Made by a program: the position numbers and the translations under genes. Under the pieces are notes generated by a model, which was not told where the DNA came from, did not search any database, and saw only the letters and a program-made list of their open reading frames with translations. A stretch of DNA of 64,000 nucleotides from contig NC_092677.1 of the NCBI RefSeq assembly GCF_964355755.1, positions 5,230,101 through 5,294,100 of the forward strand. The letters are read 5' to 3'. The number at the start of each line of letters is the position of its first letter. The stretch's first letter is position 1. This document shows positions 1 to 14,412 of this stretch, piece by piece. Origin of the DNA: Antedon mediterranea. Its lineage: Eukaryota > Animalia > Echinodermata.

Positions 1-482
1 TCTATTGTATATCATATTGGTATATCTGTCGTATATAAATATCTACTGCCAAACCTTACTCTTAAAATGCTATGTCAATAATTAATTCTACCATTATTTT
101 GTGGCATTAAATTATGTCTAGTTATTTTGTATGTTGATATACAGTATATTGAATTTTTTTCACTTTCCTACAAATTCTAAAATAGATAAATAAATATAGC
201 ATATGCTTACAACGTTATGCCTAGCTATCTTGCTATTTATTTAAATTTTCTGAATTTTCTATCAATCTCAAAATCATCTTATTTTACAACTGTCAAGGCA
301 AGAAATTACCTACCACATGAAACAACCAACAATTAATAATGTTAGAAAAGAATTGAATTATTCTACGTATTTTACTGTCAATGTGTCATATTGAAAAAAA
401 AAAATTAAATAATTGTGTCAAACATTACAGTATTTTAAAACATTCCTAAATGTAAAATCTGTTTCCTTTTTTTTATTCAAAG

Positions 483-3400
483 ACAAATCCTGTTGATGAA
501 GATAGTGAACTTTTAGCAGAACATCATGAAACATCTGGTGGGTATAAACTTTGCTATTTATTTATTTTCTTGATTACTTGTTTTAGCTTCAGGTGGAACA
601 TGAATAGTTTATTTTTTACTTATTATTCATTCCAAAAAGTCCTGTTTCAAAAGAGTTGAATGTACTCTTACTTCAATCAATCAATCAATCAACTTAATTA
701 TTTTTTTTTGGCTTAAGGGAGTAGTTAATAGGGGGCCAAACTCAATCAAGCAAACTATTCTGTCTCAGAAATTAAATCATTGTATTGTTGAAATTGCTAA
801 TGAAGTACAGGTTTATTTATTTTTTTATTTTTTAGAAGTATTAATATTACAATATCTATGTTTGTTCTATCTTTATTTAAGGAGGACCCTTCAACATCGG
901 TCATACAGTAAGAATCTTTGTTTAAAAACTTTAAAAGCGCAGTAGCATGCACAAAAAAATGTTTGAATATTGTTATAGCTAAGTTATGCAATCACAATTT
1001 CTATGACAATAATTGTGTAGAGATATGCATCAATTCTGAAGCATTTATAGAAAATATAATCTGTGTCTATCTAGATTCCAGTATTAAAATTAAGTTTTTT
1101 TTAAACATGTGAATATAATAATCCAAGCAATGTTGATTCAAGTGGTTATGGGCTGAGTGTAAGGCCGGTGTGCCGCAAAATAAAATATGTTCTTCATTGG
1201 TAAGAATTAGTCTTCTTGGACTGGATGTCCTGTTTACAAACCTGGTTTGTGAGAACCCAGTGCATCCCAGTAGTGGTTACCCCATTGTACTTGGCCATCT
1301 ACCCCTGTTTCACTTGTACACAATTTAGCCCAGTTACGCTGCAAGCTGGTATTTAGCACTTAGAGGTTTCATGACATCAGGCGCTTTATTAGTCCAGGAT
1401 ATTATTAAAATTTATTAAAAAGTCTCCCCAACCAAGATTTGAACCCGGACTACTGGGGCTTTTATGGTATTGTTCAAACCCCATTGGATAGCGACTCTTT
1501 CACTCTTGGTGTGGTACAGCCGAACAGCACTAGTCCTTAAATTGTACTCACCAGAGATCAAATTGATATTCCCTCATCTTTCAGTATTTTAAAGCAGGAA
1601 CAATTTTTCCATTTTTGTTCTATATAATTTTTGAGATCATGCTAATGTGTTTTCTCTTAATTTTCAGCTTTTTACTTTTAAACCTATTTATGTTGTGCAA
1701 GCTGGCTATAGTGATTCATACAGATGAACTAATATTGAATTTGTATTATTATATAGTCTGTTTTAATCATTTGTTTGTGATCAACACTTTCATGAAAACA
1801 TTTACAGTAGTACTCTTTATGGTTCTATATTTTCTAAAGGTTGTTGATTGATTGATTGAACAAAAATGTAACGTTGGTATAGAAGAAGTATAAACATAAA
1901 TTAATATATTTTTATTTATAAATTAAGATTACGTATGTATTAGGTATAGTTAAAACAAAGACAATGACCGCTCAAACTCCCAACTGTACAGTATAGTTTT
2001 GTTTTTTGCTATATACCATCATCACAGCTGTATTCTTTAAGTGTTGTATTATTTTTTATTTCATGTTCTAGCTAAAGACTTGAATGAAAGGTAATGTTTT
2101 CGGTATTTGATATTTATTTATTGGGATTCTTTTATGATAAAGATACACTTCCAGGAAAGCTTTTTTTTGTTCATATTTACCCATTTTTATTCAAAATTAC
2201 ACAAAATTAACCTTTCACTAACATATTCAACTTCATTCATTATATGAAGTACTTCATGCTATGACCAATGATTTACCACAGCCATTTCTATTTCTTTCAC
2301 TGATTTAAAACCTATCTGCTAGTTACAGTATGTACAACACATCTACATTCATGCAAAGCTAGTGAAATGCTTATAGTTTTTTTGCTATATGAGAATTGCC
2401 AAAACCTTACCTTTTATAATTTACAAGCCATGAACAATGGAGGATTTCAGATTCTTCAGATCAGCAAAAAACAAAATAACATAATGTGAATAGGATTCCT
2501 TATGCTTAATTCATGCATGCTTTTTTACAAAACATTTGATGAGCGAATGTTGAAGAACAGCCAGTGAGCAATCTATTTTTTTTCTTCTTTGGCAAACAAT
2601 TGTGTTTAGCTTTTTTGTTGTTTTTGTTTTTTGTGGCAATTTATCTTTATCGGTTTTATGGTTTGCCAGGCTAATTTGGTAGTTTACCTTTTTCCTTTCA
2701 TTATCTGCTGTCCCTACTGTACTATAATAATTTACATACTTTGCATACATCATTTTGGTTGCTTTATTTACCATAGATTATATACTGTCCTTCATTGCCT
2801 GCCTGTGTTCACCTGTTTTGTTCGTACCTTGGTTGCAGTCTTCTACAAAATACACTTAAATACATAGATATGTAGTATATATTCTTGCCATTCACTTCTC
2901 GCTGCATCTGGCCATTTATATTATTTATAATATGACTATATTGACCATATTCAGTATCATGTATCATATACATAACCTTACCAGATTATTTCTTCAATAA
3001 TTTGCCATTATTTGTATCTGTAATATTTGATTAAAAACTCATTACCATAAATTACATTGAATATTATTTTATACATTATATTACATTTTTTTTTTATAAC
3101 TTCAATTGGGTATTTTTAGCTTTGTGCATCTTTATTTTTTGAGTATTTTAAACACAAGCTTGCTTTTATCGTTTATGAATGGGGAGAATGTTTCTTGTAC
3201 CACATATTATACTAAATAGATAATGTTTAAAATATTAACTGTGTGTTTTGTAGAAAATAAATACTTAAATTTTATGTTTCACTTTATTCAATTTAACTTT
3301 TGTATGATTTCATCCATTAATTAAAGGAAACAATTTACATAGAGGAAAGTTGTTGAACGTGTATGTCAAAAGATCAGCTTATAGATTTTATTGTAATTTG

Positions 3401-6400
3401 CATAATAAAAATGCAATTTTGTTATATGAATTTACCACAACTTTTGATTATTAATTGATTAGTTGATTGATTGATAGTAGTCAAATTAGAATTTGTTTTG
3501 AAAAAAAAAGAGTTATATAGATCACATCACTACTTTCACTGTAAGTCCATATCTGGAATGCTACACAATTTTTTTTTTCATAAAATGTTAATATGGTACT
3601 AATATATTTATTATAAATTATTTATAATTATTACAAATATAAATAAATTACATTGTAGAGGGAAAGACCAATGAACTCTGATCATTTCAGCACCATTTGT
3701 AAATCCTATATTCTTTCTTAATTTTTTATAATATATGTATATTTTTTTGTTTTACAGATCTAAAACTTCTTACTCAAGTAAGTAACATGTTTTTTTTTGT
3801 GCAATTTTGTTTAACTATGTACAATAATTTATTTATCTTCTTCCTAGGACATTTATTTACATAACACATTTGCCCAAGGTATATTATTATTAAATACAAA
3901 ACATTAGATGCAAAATGAATTATTTGTTTTTTAGAAAAAAAACTGTTAAAGTAATATTTCTGGAAGCCATTAAATTAATGAATTTAGTTTTAGAAGGAAA
4001 ATTATAAAATGTCAGTGGTAAATGTAGTGATGCATTAGACAATGCCCATGGACAATGCACATTTTTATTTATTTTTACTTTCACAATTAAAAGTTGTAAA
4101 ATAAAGAAATTAAATTTTAGATGATTTCATTTAATGTTATTTTGTGTGTTTTTAAGTGTCTACTAGTGGTAGAGGAAGAATTAGCCTAACGGTTTCAAAT
4201 CCTGTGAGATATGATTCAGGAGAGTACAACTGCAGCATAGAGGACAATAGACAGCAGTATCCAGGTGTAAACAATTTATTTTTTTATTGTAAGTTTTATT
4301 TTCTATTTAAATTAAATCATTTATTAAGATGCTTAATTTTCAAATTTAAAATACTGTATCACTTCGGTAACTGTATATGTTGCTGAGTAGAATGTTTACA
4401 CATATTTTAGGAAACAGAATAGGCCTACCTCATTTATTTCTTTATCGATAGAATTTGTTATATAATTTTAAATGATTGCATTCATTTGATTGATATTTGT
4501 ACTATATTTAAATTTTTATATGAAGGGATTGAGATGATAGATCCCAAGTACTCGGCAGAACAAGGTATCAGTAATTTTGAAATGAAGTGCAGATATGAAC
4601 CAGCAGATATGCCATTAACAGGTTACAAGTGGAAGAAGATTAAGGAAGATGGCACAACAGAGATTGAGGATTGTTCTAAAGATTCTAGATTTGAAGTAAC
4701 AAGTGACCAATATAACATTCTGTCTTTGAAGATAAAGAAAGTAATACTTGGTAATGCTGGCAAGTATCAATGTGAAGTGAAGCCAATTGATGGAGACAAA
4801 ATACTGAAAGATACTACACAGCTAACAGTTAAAAGATGTAATTTTTTTTACAATTTACCTTAGCCTCTGCCCAATTGTTGTGTGATTTAGTTTTTCTTCT
4901 TAAAATGTGAAGAACAACACATTTTTAAATAATCAATCACTGTGTAGAAGACTTTGCATGTGGGTGTCTCAGTCCACCTCCACACAAGGCAGTAAAACTG
5001 ATCATTTTGTTAATCAATAGACAATTTTTTAGAATATTTATTTTGATTAATCAACTTTATGATAAGCAATTGCTTTACAGAATTATTATCTCTGTCTCTT
5101 TTCATAGATGCCATCAAAATTGATATTCCTGATGTTATTACTAATGAAAGTGTGAATGTTAAATTGTTCTTAAATCTAACATATGTTGATGATACTGCTA
5201 AAATATCCAATGTCAAGTGGTATAAGCAGGGTAAAGGTGAAACAAAGATGCTGCTGACATCATTACAACCACCATATTCAACACCAGGCTGTCAAAGCGC
5301 ATATGAGGACAAGAGTAAGGTGTACCTTAAGATCAACAATGTTGAATCGAAAGATGCAGGAAAATACGCATGCGAAGTGCAAGTTGAAGGAAGACAGAAA
5401 ATATACAGTTGTTTTGGGAGGTTAGAAGTTAAAGGTAATTTACTAGAATATTATGCCTATAGACTCCCGTAAAATGAATCAATTAGGCTGCTATAGAATG
5501 ATAAAACTTACACTTCAATAATAACCAATAACCATTTGATATGGTGGGTCTAAAATCAACTTGGTTGGGCAGGTTTGTCCACCATGTGCCCTTTTTTTAT
5601 GGCCAACGGGTGTCCCAAAGATTACACAATATGGCCAGTGAGCATTTGTGTCATTTTGTTTGTGGATGTCGTTAATGAATTATCTATTAATTTTTTATGG
5701 GGATGAAAGGTTTTTTTTTTATAGGAAAATTACCTGTTTATTTTTTTGTTTGAAACACATCCTTTGTTGACCATCTTTTATATGTTGAGATATTGTACAC
5801 TATAATTTTCAGGTTTTTTTCTTATTACAGTTTTAACAATGGAAACGAGTGAATTGCACTGTGTCGTAGGAGGAACTGCTACAATTCCTTTTTATGTGTC
5901 ACCAATACATAAACAAAATAAAGAATTTATCTTTTATAAATTTGAACTTGATAAATGGAAGAAAATTGCTGATAATAGACATACAATTATTAGCAGATTT
6001 AAAGTTAAATATAGTGAGGAAACGCTGACAGGTTTCCTTGAAATTTCTAAAGTTAAATCTTCTGATGCTGGTGACTACCGTTGCCAATGTGTGATAGAAG
6101 GAAAGGATGTTTACTCTACAACAAGCAGGTTGAAAGTTATCAAAGGCTGTAAGTATACAATATTAGGCCTAAAAATATATTTGTTAAAAGAGGAAAGGGA
6201 GTGTAAATTAAGTTACAGCCCCTCATGAAATGTCATAAAATAACAATAACAAATAATTCATCAGTTCAGTCTGTCGTTCTATGCACTCATGGGTAAGAGT
6301 GATGCAGCAATTGCAACCAACGTGTTTGGCGTTTCAGAATCTCAATGTCAGACGCATTACTGAAAATTTCTAATTATGCAATACTTTATAGACCTAATAT

Positions 6401-9400
6401 TATTCTGGCCCTTGATTTTCTATTCTTCCTATGTGTGTGTGTTTTAATAGAAGTGGTTCCAAGGGAGTTATAATAAAGAATTAACATCGCTTGGCTTCAT
6501 CTTGTCTTTAAATATTATTTCCAAAGTAACGCAAAGTATGAAATCTTTATTTCTGTACTAAAGAAACCAGAATGAGTATCCCTATATTTCCAAAATTCAT
6601 AATCAGAAATTCAAAATATTATATACTATATCTTTATTGTTAGTTTGGTTAATTTATAGAACTAGCAGTGCTAAGTTTGTTGAAATGCTGTATTTTAAAT
6701 AATTAAATACAACCGTGATACTGCGTGCAAGATGTACGGTACAAACAAAAATTATTGCCTGATAAACTTTTTTTTTGTCTGACAATAATATTAATCAATA
6801 TATTTTAATCGCCAATAAGAAATACACATTCAAATATTACTTTTATATCAAGATATTTGTTTGTTTTATTTTTTTTTCTGATGAAATGGTACTGTTGTAT
6901 ATTATTATTGTGATAGTAATTTCATCCAAAATATACTATTTTTACTTTTACTAGATATGAAACTCAATGATTGTCTTGTGATAAACGGGGAAAAGGCAGT
7001 TTTAACTTGCAAGTATGGACTTGAGAATCAAGTGAAATATGTCAATTGGTATAAGAAGACAGGGGATGAATCTCAACAGAAGAAGATAGAGAAAGTACCA
7101 GAAAGATGTAAAGTAACTCATAATAGCCTTAATCAAACAAGCCTAGAGTTCCCGGAAGTGACATTGGCTGATGATGGGGAGTACATATGTGAACTTACAA
7201 CTGCTACAGAAATAACCAAAAGCAAACTTTCAGAAATACATAGATCATCTGCACACTTGCATGTACAGTGTAAGTAAATTGTGTATTAAGCTGGTTATTT
7301 ATCAATCAAATTGTGTAAAGGTAGTACAGTAGTTTGAAGAAATATCGTTTTACCTAATAATAGTGTAATAAGATAAGATAAGATAAGATAAGATAACTTT
7401 TATTGATCCTCAAAAAGGAAATTCATTGCTCGTCATAATAACAAAGAAAACACTATAAAAACAATAGCATAAAACCATTCATATAAAAACATCTAAAAAA
7501 TTACAATATAAAATTATCTTCTTGACTTCCTGTTGTACTGGATGATACCGGAGGGAATAAAGGATTTAGCAAATCGATTTGTTTTCACACTGAGGAGCCT
7601 CAATCTACCACTTGGATTAAGTTGGTCTATGATCACTTTGTGGAGAGGATGAGAGGCATCCGACTCAATGCGTTCGAAATCTTTCTGGAGGTGTTCTAGG
7701 TGCACATCGGTAAAGGAAGGCAGTTCCAGACCAATCATTTTACCAGCCCGACGGATGAAAGTTTCAAGGCGTCCTTTATTCCCTCCGGTAACATTACCAG
7801 CCCAACAGGAGAGGCAATACGTCCAAACACTACATATAACGGATCTATAGAACGAAAGTAACATCAAATCACAGGAGTTAAATTTATATAAAGTTCTCAT
7901 ACAATACATTCTGGGACTTAATTTTTTGCTGATGAAGTCTATATGGTCTCCCCAACTCAGTTTATCATTGAAAACAATTCCTAGATACTTGTACTGGTCA
8001 ACAATTTCAATTTCTTTACCTTTGATAGTGATTGGTTGAAAATTAAATTTATGTTTAGTCCTAAAATCAATGATCATCTCCTTTGTTTTTGATGCATTTA
8101 TTTGGAGATAATTATCGTCACAAAATTTAACAAATCTTTGTATTTCGCTACGATAATTTTCATCATTGTTTGAAACTATGAGACCAATAGTACTAGTGTC
8201 ATCAGCGAATTTAACAACGGGGCAAAGCTCATCATTTAAAGATCTGTAATCCGCCGTATACAAGGAATATAATTTAGGTGCGTTGACAGTACCCTGAGGA
8301 ACACCGGTGTCAGAGGTTACGATTTCTGACTTAACACCATTAATATTAACAAATTGTTTTCTATCACAAATGAAATTTAAAACTAAACGAACAATCGGAC
8401 GGGGAAACTCCATATTCAACATTTTGTCTGCTAAGATATGGGGTTGTATGGTATTAAACGCAGATTGAAAATCAAAATACATAATACGTGCCGAGTGGCC
8501 TTTCTTTACATTAACTAGATGTGAATACAATTTATGTAATTTAAAATAAATCGCATCACTGGTACTACGGAGTGATCGGTAAGCAAATTGCAACGGGTCT
8601 AACACTTTTTCAGCATAAGGTTGCATAATTTTTAAAATAATACGTTCCAATATTTTCATCGCGACAGACGTGAGTGCAACGGGTCTCAAATCATTCATGC
8701 TGTTAATCTTAGGTTTCTTAGGTACCGGTATTATGCATGAAAGTTTCCAAATATCCGGGAACGCATGATAAGAAAGACACATATTGAAAATAAATGTAAA
8801 TATGCCATCAAGGTGAGGAGAGCAGACCTTAAGTACTCGTGGTAGGATTCTATCCGGCCCAGCAGCCTTCGATGAATTGAGTTTCATGAATTCGTTATGT
8901 ACATCAGAAATGCTTATACTAAATTTGGGATCATCTTCAGTCACCCGACACAAGCTAAATAGAGCCTCTCTTTCTTTTTTAAAATCATGAACATTAAAAC
9001 GGTTATAAAATTCATTTAACTCATTAACATATTGCACAGTAACATTCGGAATCGAGGTGGGTGTATTACCACCGTTTGTGTAACCACTCATAAGTTTCAT
9101 ACCCTGCCAAACTTGTTTCATATTATTAGACCTGAAGTTATGTTCAACTTTTTTCCTATAAATGTTCTTCTGTTTCATTATTTCAGATTTAATCTCTCTA
9201 GTCAATATTTTCATACGATTAGAGTCGCCCATCTTAAAGGCTTTACGTTTCTCACACAACAGTAATTTAACGCCTTTCGTGATCCATGGCTTGTTGTTAG
9301 GGTAGATTTTCACTTTTTTAACTGGAACGCATTTATCAATACAAAAGTTTATGTACGAGCTCACTGCATAAGTAATACTATTCAAATCTTCATCCTCCGT

Positions 9401-12400
9401 AAAAATATCCCAATCGGTAGATTCAAATTCCGCTATCAGGGCTTCCTCGGCTTCAGGAGACCATTTACGTACATTAATAATTTTTGGTTGGCATGTCTTA
9501 TTTAACGGGCGATATTTAGGACTGATTGGCTTTTCTCTATGCTTTGGTAATATACAGTACTGTATATTCAATTTTCTTAAATACCCAAACAATGGTAGGC
9601 CTACAGGCACTATTTTGTTTGGATATTCCATAATATATATTGTCATATGATTTCAAACGGTTAATAAATTCATTAATATATGTTTATATTGTAAACTGAT
9701 TTCATCAAAATACCTTTAGATATGAAAATGAGTGATTGCCTTGCAACACATGGTGATAAAGCTGTGTTAACTTGCAAGTATGGAAGTGAGAAACCAGTAA
9801 AAGCTGTCAATTGGTACAAGAAGACTGGTGATCAAGACATAATGATATTTACTTCTGATAAGTCTCAAGAGAAAAAGATAAAAAATGTGCCAGAAAGATG
9901 TAAAGCAAATTTTAAGGAAACTGAAACAAGCTTAGAGTTTGAGAAAGTGTCATTGACCAATGCTGGAGAGTACATGTGTAAAGTGAAGGAAGAACTTCCA
10001 TCACATACAGCATCAGCACACTTGCATGTACAGTGTAAGTTGCTTTCTACATATTTCTTGTCTACATGAAAATTGATATTATAATACAATTGATTGACTT
10101 GAGGAATATAGTTAAAAATACCCATTTTGGTCTAAAGGCAATATGATACCTGTCAGATGAATTACTGTAATTGTGGGGTATTGTTTGATAAATTAAATGT
10201 TGTTTCCAACTTTGATGTACTGTACTGTATAATCCACAATTAATTGTAAAGACTTGAAAAAAGTTATCAACCTCCAGATCACTAACCCGGAACTCATACC
10301 TTTCGCTCACATAGCTTACACATAATATAATCATTGTTTATGAGTTATAACAATAATTTTCTTTATTCAAGTAGGGAGTTGTAATTACAATTTAATAATG
10401 ATTTTTGAGATGTTTTCAAGAGGGGGTCGAACATGATTTAATTCCATGTTTCAAGGAAATACATACATTATTTTATTAGATTAAATTGTTATTCAATTAA
10501 TGTTGAAGGCTAGGCTGATGCAACATTTGGTACTCCCTTTTGACTGGTGGAGCAGGAAAATTCAGAACTGGGTTAGTATTGGAATTCATAACAAATTATG
10601 ACACCTAGCTTGTCATTAATTTCCATTCCCTTATTTTTATAGGCGATGTGTTTACTGAACAAGTTAAAACACACAGGTAAATTGATTTCCATTCAAAAAA
10701 ATTATTTTCTAGTCTATTTTATTTTTGAAAGTCAACATCTAGGTTTGAATTTGACTTTAAAATAACTTCTTAATTTAAGAGAATTATCTTGAAATTGTAC
10801 TAAAATTTATACATCTCTACATTTTTCTCCTTTTAGACACCCTGCAGTAGTCTTTATAAATTCTCATTTTATCATCTTTTGTGAGGAAAATAACTCAGAT
10901 GTGATAATGAGAAGAGGAAAATTGAAAGGCAAGAGTTTGATTGAATGGGAAGAAACACAAATCATTTTAAATGAAAAGGAAACAAGGTAATTAGTATTGT
11001 GTTGACCGACATTGGCAAACATTGTTTGCTGGTCATTATATTTCATACATTTAAGAAATCAATTATTAAGTTTCATTTGCTATGTTATTACCAATGACAT
11101 TAATATCTAAGAACATTTGTAAATTTTATTTAGAAACAACTACGGTACAAAAGATGTCTCCAAAAAGTGGACAATATTGATTCTAAAAATGTGAAACATT
11201 TTTTTTAATAATTCTACAAATTTACTATACAGTTTTCAGAATCTAGTACCAATTGTGACAGATAAGAAAAATGGAAAAATGATTCTAATGTGTGTTAGAC
11301 AAAATAACAACACAAAAGAGAGGAAGATAATAAGGATGAAATCTGATGATAATGGAGAGAATTGGAAAGAACCAGAAGATGTACAATTGGATTTGAAAGG
11401 CTTACCCATAGATTTTATAAGTTAGTATAAATTTGTATTGAAGTTGATATTAAATATCTGAGCTGTACATCGTGGTTTTGAATATTAGTAATATTCAAAA
11501 CCATGATTTGTGCCTCTATGTAGGTAAATTTTTTATACTTTTCTAATTTCAGTACTATTATTATTTAGATTATAAACCCATTTACTGATACCATACACAA
11601 GAAGCAACAATTGAAACAACCAGTTTTTCACAAATGTTTTATGTACTTACCAAAATACTGATTTGTTATAGGGGTTTTGTGTATGTTTTTTAAATAACAT
11701 TGTATAAAGAAAATGTTTAATTTTATCTATCTTGTTGCTTGTTGAACAATTTTAATATATATTTTTTTTACTTTATGTAGTAAACAGTATAAATGTTTGC
11801 AATTATATGAAATATGTATAAATTGTTTTTCAGGCCTTGGTCATGGTGTATGCTTACATTCAGGAAAATTGGTTGTTGCAGGAGTATGGATGCTAAAGGA
11901 TAATGAAAGCATAGAAAGTAATTTAATTAAATAATCTTATAAATTAAGGAGGTCCCCAAATATTTATTATGTACATTGGTGATCGTTGTTGAACTGTATA
12001 ATTCCTTAAATGATTATATTTGTTTTAGATATGTCAAAGATCTTTAAACTCCTCCAGTCTGCTCGCTTGAATTGTGTCATCTGTGAACCATGCATTAATT
12101 CTTAATTTGAATTCAATAATAACTCATCACAATGACCCAAGAACAGCAGTTGATCTAAACATTTGTTTCTGTTTATAAAGTCCAGTACTATATCAACCTG
12201 CATGGAGAGATAATAGTTAACACAAATGTTGCTGAGGTTTTCATGTTTATGGTTTGCCTTTTTTTTATTGGAAATTGTTGTTTATTTTTCAGAAAAACTG
12301 TGTGTGATGACAAGTACTGATGATGGTGACACCTGGGATATTGTAACAGCTGTTAAACCACAAGATGCTACTTTAGGAGAACACACACAAGTAAGAAACT

Positions 12401-14412
12401 TGGAAATGCCTAGGGTTTCATTTCTAATGATCATGCCATTTTGTCATATACAGTAATATGTGTGGTGTTCCACAGGGATCCATCCTTGGTCCGCTTTTAT
12501 TTCTGTTATTTATTAATGATTTAAATTATATTAGTGATTGTGCTGAAATTGTTATGTTTGCAGATGATACAAGTTTATTTATTAATCATAAGGACATCTA
12601 CCAAGCTATTATTTTAATGAATCAAGAACTTACTAAAATTGCAAACTGGTTAAAATCAAATAAGCTTTCGTTAAATATTAAAAAAACCAAATTTATTATT
12701 TTTCGTTCAGTTAATAAACTAATCCCCCCCAACATTCCTAAATTATATTACGGCATCAGCGAAATTGAAAGAACTAAAGCAACAACATTTCTTGGCATTT
12801 TTATTGACGAATACTTATCTTTTATTTCTCATATTAATACAATTTCATTAAAACTATCAAGAGTGGTCGGTGTCCTCAATAAACTCAAACATGCCTTGCC
12901 TTCCTCCGTTTTACTATTAATTTATAAATCACTCTTTTTGCCACATTTAATTTATGGTATAACCGTTTGGGGTTTTACTTCAAAAATTAATTTAAACCGT
13001 ATTTATATTTTGCAAAAAAGAGCTTTAAGATCAGTTTATAATGTTCATTACCTCCACCATTCTGCTCCTCTTTTTGTCTTATCTAATACACTTAATATTT
13101 ACGACTTACTTACAAAAAATGTTGCTTTATTTATGTTTAAATTCAAACATAATCAACTGCCCAGAATTTTTGATACTTATTTTCAAACTTTTAGTTCAGT
13201 TCATAATTATAATACCAGAAATAAATTTGATTATGCTTATGATTGTTTTAATACGGAGGTTGGCAAGCATGATATAACTTTTCAAGGACCAAAAATTTGG
13301 AATTCTTTACCAGATGAAATTAAAATTATTAATTTTATATCTTCATTTAAGTTCAAACTACATGAATACCTTGTTTCTACTATTATTATTTAAGTTGATC
13401 ATATATCTGTCTTAAGTCAAATAATAACTGCATTTGTTAAGTTAAATGTCTTTTTATGTTCATTATCATATATTATATTTATTTCTTACCTTACCTTACT
13501 TTTAATTATGTTGCCAGGACCCCACATTTTAAAGCTTAAGCTTCCTGTGGGGTACCCCTTTTTCTCATTTATTATCTATTATTTTTAGAAAATGTTAACT
13601 GTTTTTTTGTGTTTTTATTTGAGAAATAAAAATTATTGATTGATTGATTGATATGATTTGTTTATTAGGTTGTTGAATATGCAAATGATGATGTTTACAT
13701 CAGTTGTTCATTGGAGGAATGTAAACAGCGTTTCCATGTATACAGTGAAGAAGGATTTAAAGCGTTTGATGTCAAGACTGAGGATGCACAATTAGAGGCA
13801 AATCCAGAGTGCCAGGTATACTCTACAATCTTGTTCTATTCTACCTAAGTTATTGCGTTCTACTGCATTTATTAGCGTGTGGACGACAGGTATATAGTAT
13901 CACACGGTTTGCCTTGTGTGTAATTTAACATCGTTTTTATGCTGAAGTGGGAAATTAGTATTATAGAGGATACGCGAAACAAACATACCCCATAGTTATT
14001 TGAACATTATTTAAAGGATTTTTAAATTGCAATACTTGCAATTATTTGCTTTAACATTTATATGATGATAATATAATGTTATGTTATTTTGAATTATATT
14101 ATTATCTAGGGTGGTATTGTACGCTTAACAACAAAGACTAATAAGTTCTACCAAGTAGCAGTGACAAGTCATGGAAACGAGACAAACAAGGAGCTTACAC
14201 TTTACTTAAGTAAAGATGGTTGTAAAACCTGGTGTCAGTTTAACACACTAGGTGCAGTGAATGCAGAAGAATCTGACCTAGCTTACTACAGTGTAAAAGA
14301 AGGAGAAGAACAAGCAAAAGGAATAGTGTGTGTTTACAGTTATGGTTCAGAAACAAAGGGGTATAATATTGGAATGCAGTTGATTCCTAACAAAGAAATT
14401 ATGTTAATGTAA
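483..14412 (+). CDS. Gene L1, 3' portion (5' end lies upstream of the window): multi-Ig receptor with C-terminal degenerate sialidase domain. Exons 483-537, 2072-2090, 3758-3777, 4157-4288, 4526-4837, 5108-5434, 5831-6148, 6955-7269, 9720-10034, 10643-10676, 10837-10986, 11233-11420, 11834-11917, 12293-12390, 13669-13815, 14110-14412
   Basis: All exons are bounded by AG/GT and join in one open frame. Ig hallmarks are present (WYK, DxGxYxC). Exon-by-exon paralogy with L2 (38567-48867), including the 19- and 20-nt micro-exons. Stop TAA at 14410-14412. Confidence 0.85.
7368..9540 (-). mobile_element. 5'-truncated non-LTR retrotransposon (Rex1/Babar-like LINE) in an L1 intron, with an uninterrupted RT ORF (7514 to about 9540)
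   Basis: RT motifs KAAGPD, NDLRPVALTS, LDPLQFAYR, DFQSAFNTIQPH, TGVPQG, KFADD. (TTATC)n 3' tail at 7368-7396. Clade assigned from remembered motif style. 5' boundary approximate. Confidence 0.85.
10643..14412 (+). other. GH33/NEU-like sialidase beta-propeller domain of L1 (7 exons), catalytically degenerate
   Basis: HRHPAV (RIP-like), VIMRRG, Asp-boxes SDDNGENW, STDDGDTW and SKDGCKTW, LGHG..LHSGKLVV, ECQGGIV and ESDL occur in the same order as in vertebrate NEU2/3/4. Confidence 0.8.
12458..13652 (+). mobile_element. 5'-truncated LINE (CR1-group, L2/Crack-like) with RT C-terminal ORF 12458-13393, in an L1 intron
   Basis: CGVPQGSILGPLLF, MFADDT, NKLSLNIKKT. 3' UTR hairpin near 13517-13558, AATAAA at 13625, (TTGA)n tail at 13636-13651. 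Confidence 0.85.

Noticed and set aside
675-1420. Possible LINE 3' end ((ATCA)n at 675-692) and SINE-like remnant
   Set aside because: Too degenerate to delimit or classify without a repeat library.
9540-9646. N-terminal about 35 aa of the 710-aa RT ORF as part of the LINE
   Set aside because: No endonuclease motifs. Probably fortuitous read-through into flanking intron of a 5'-truncated copy.
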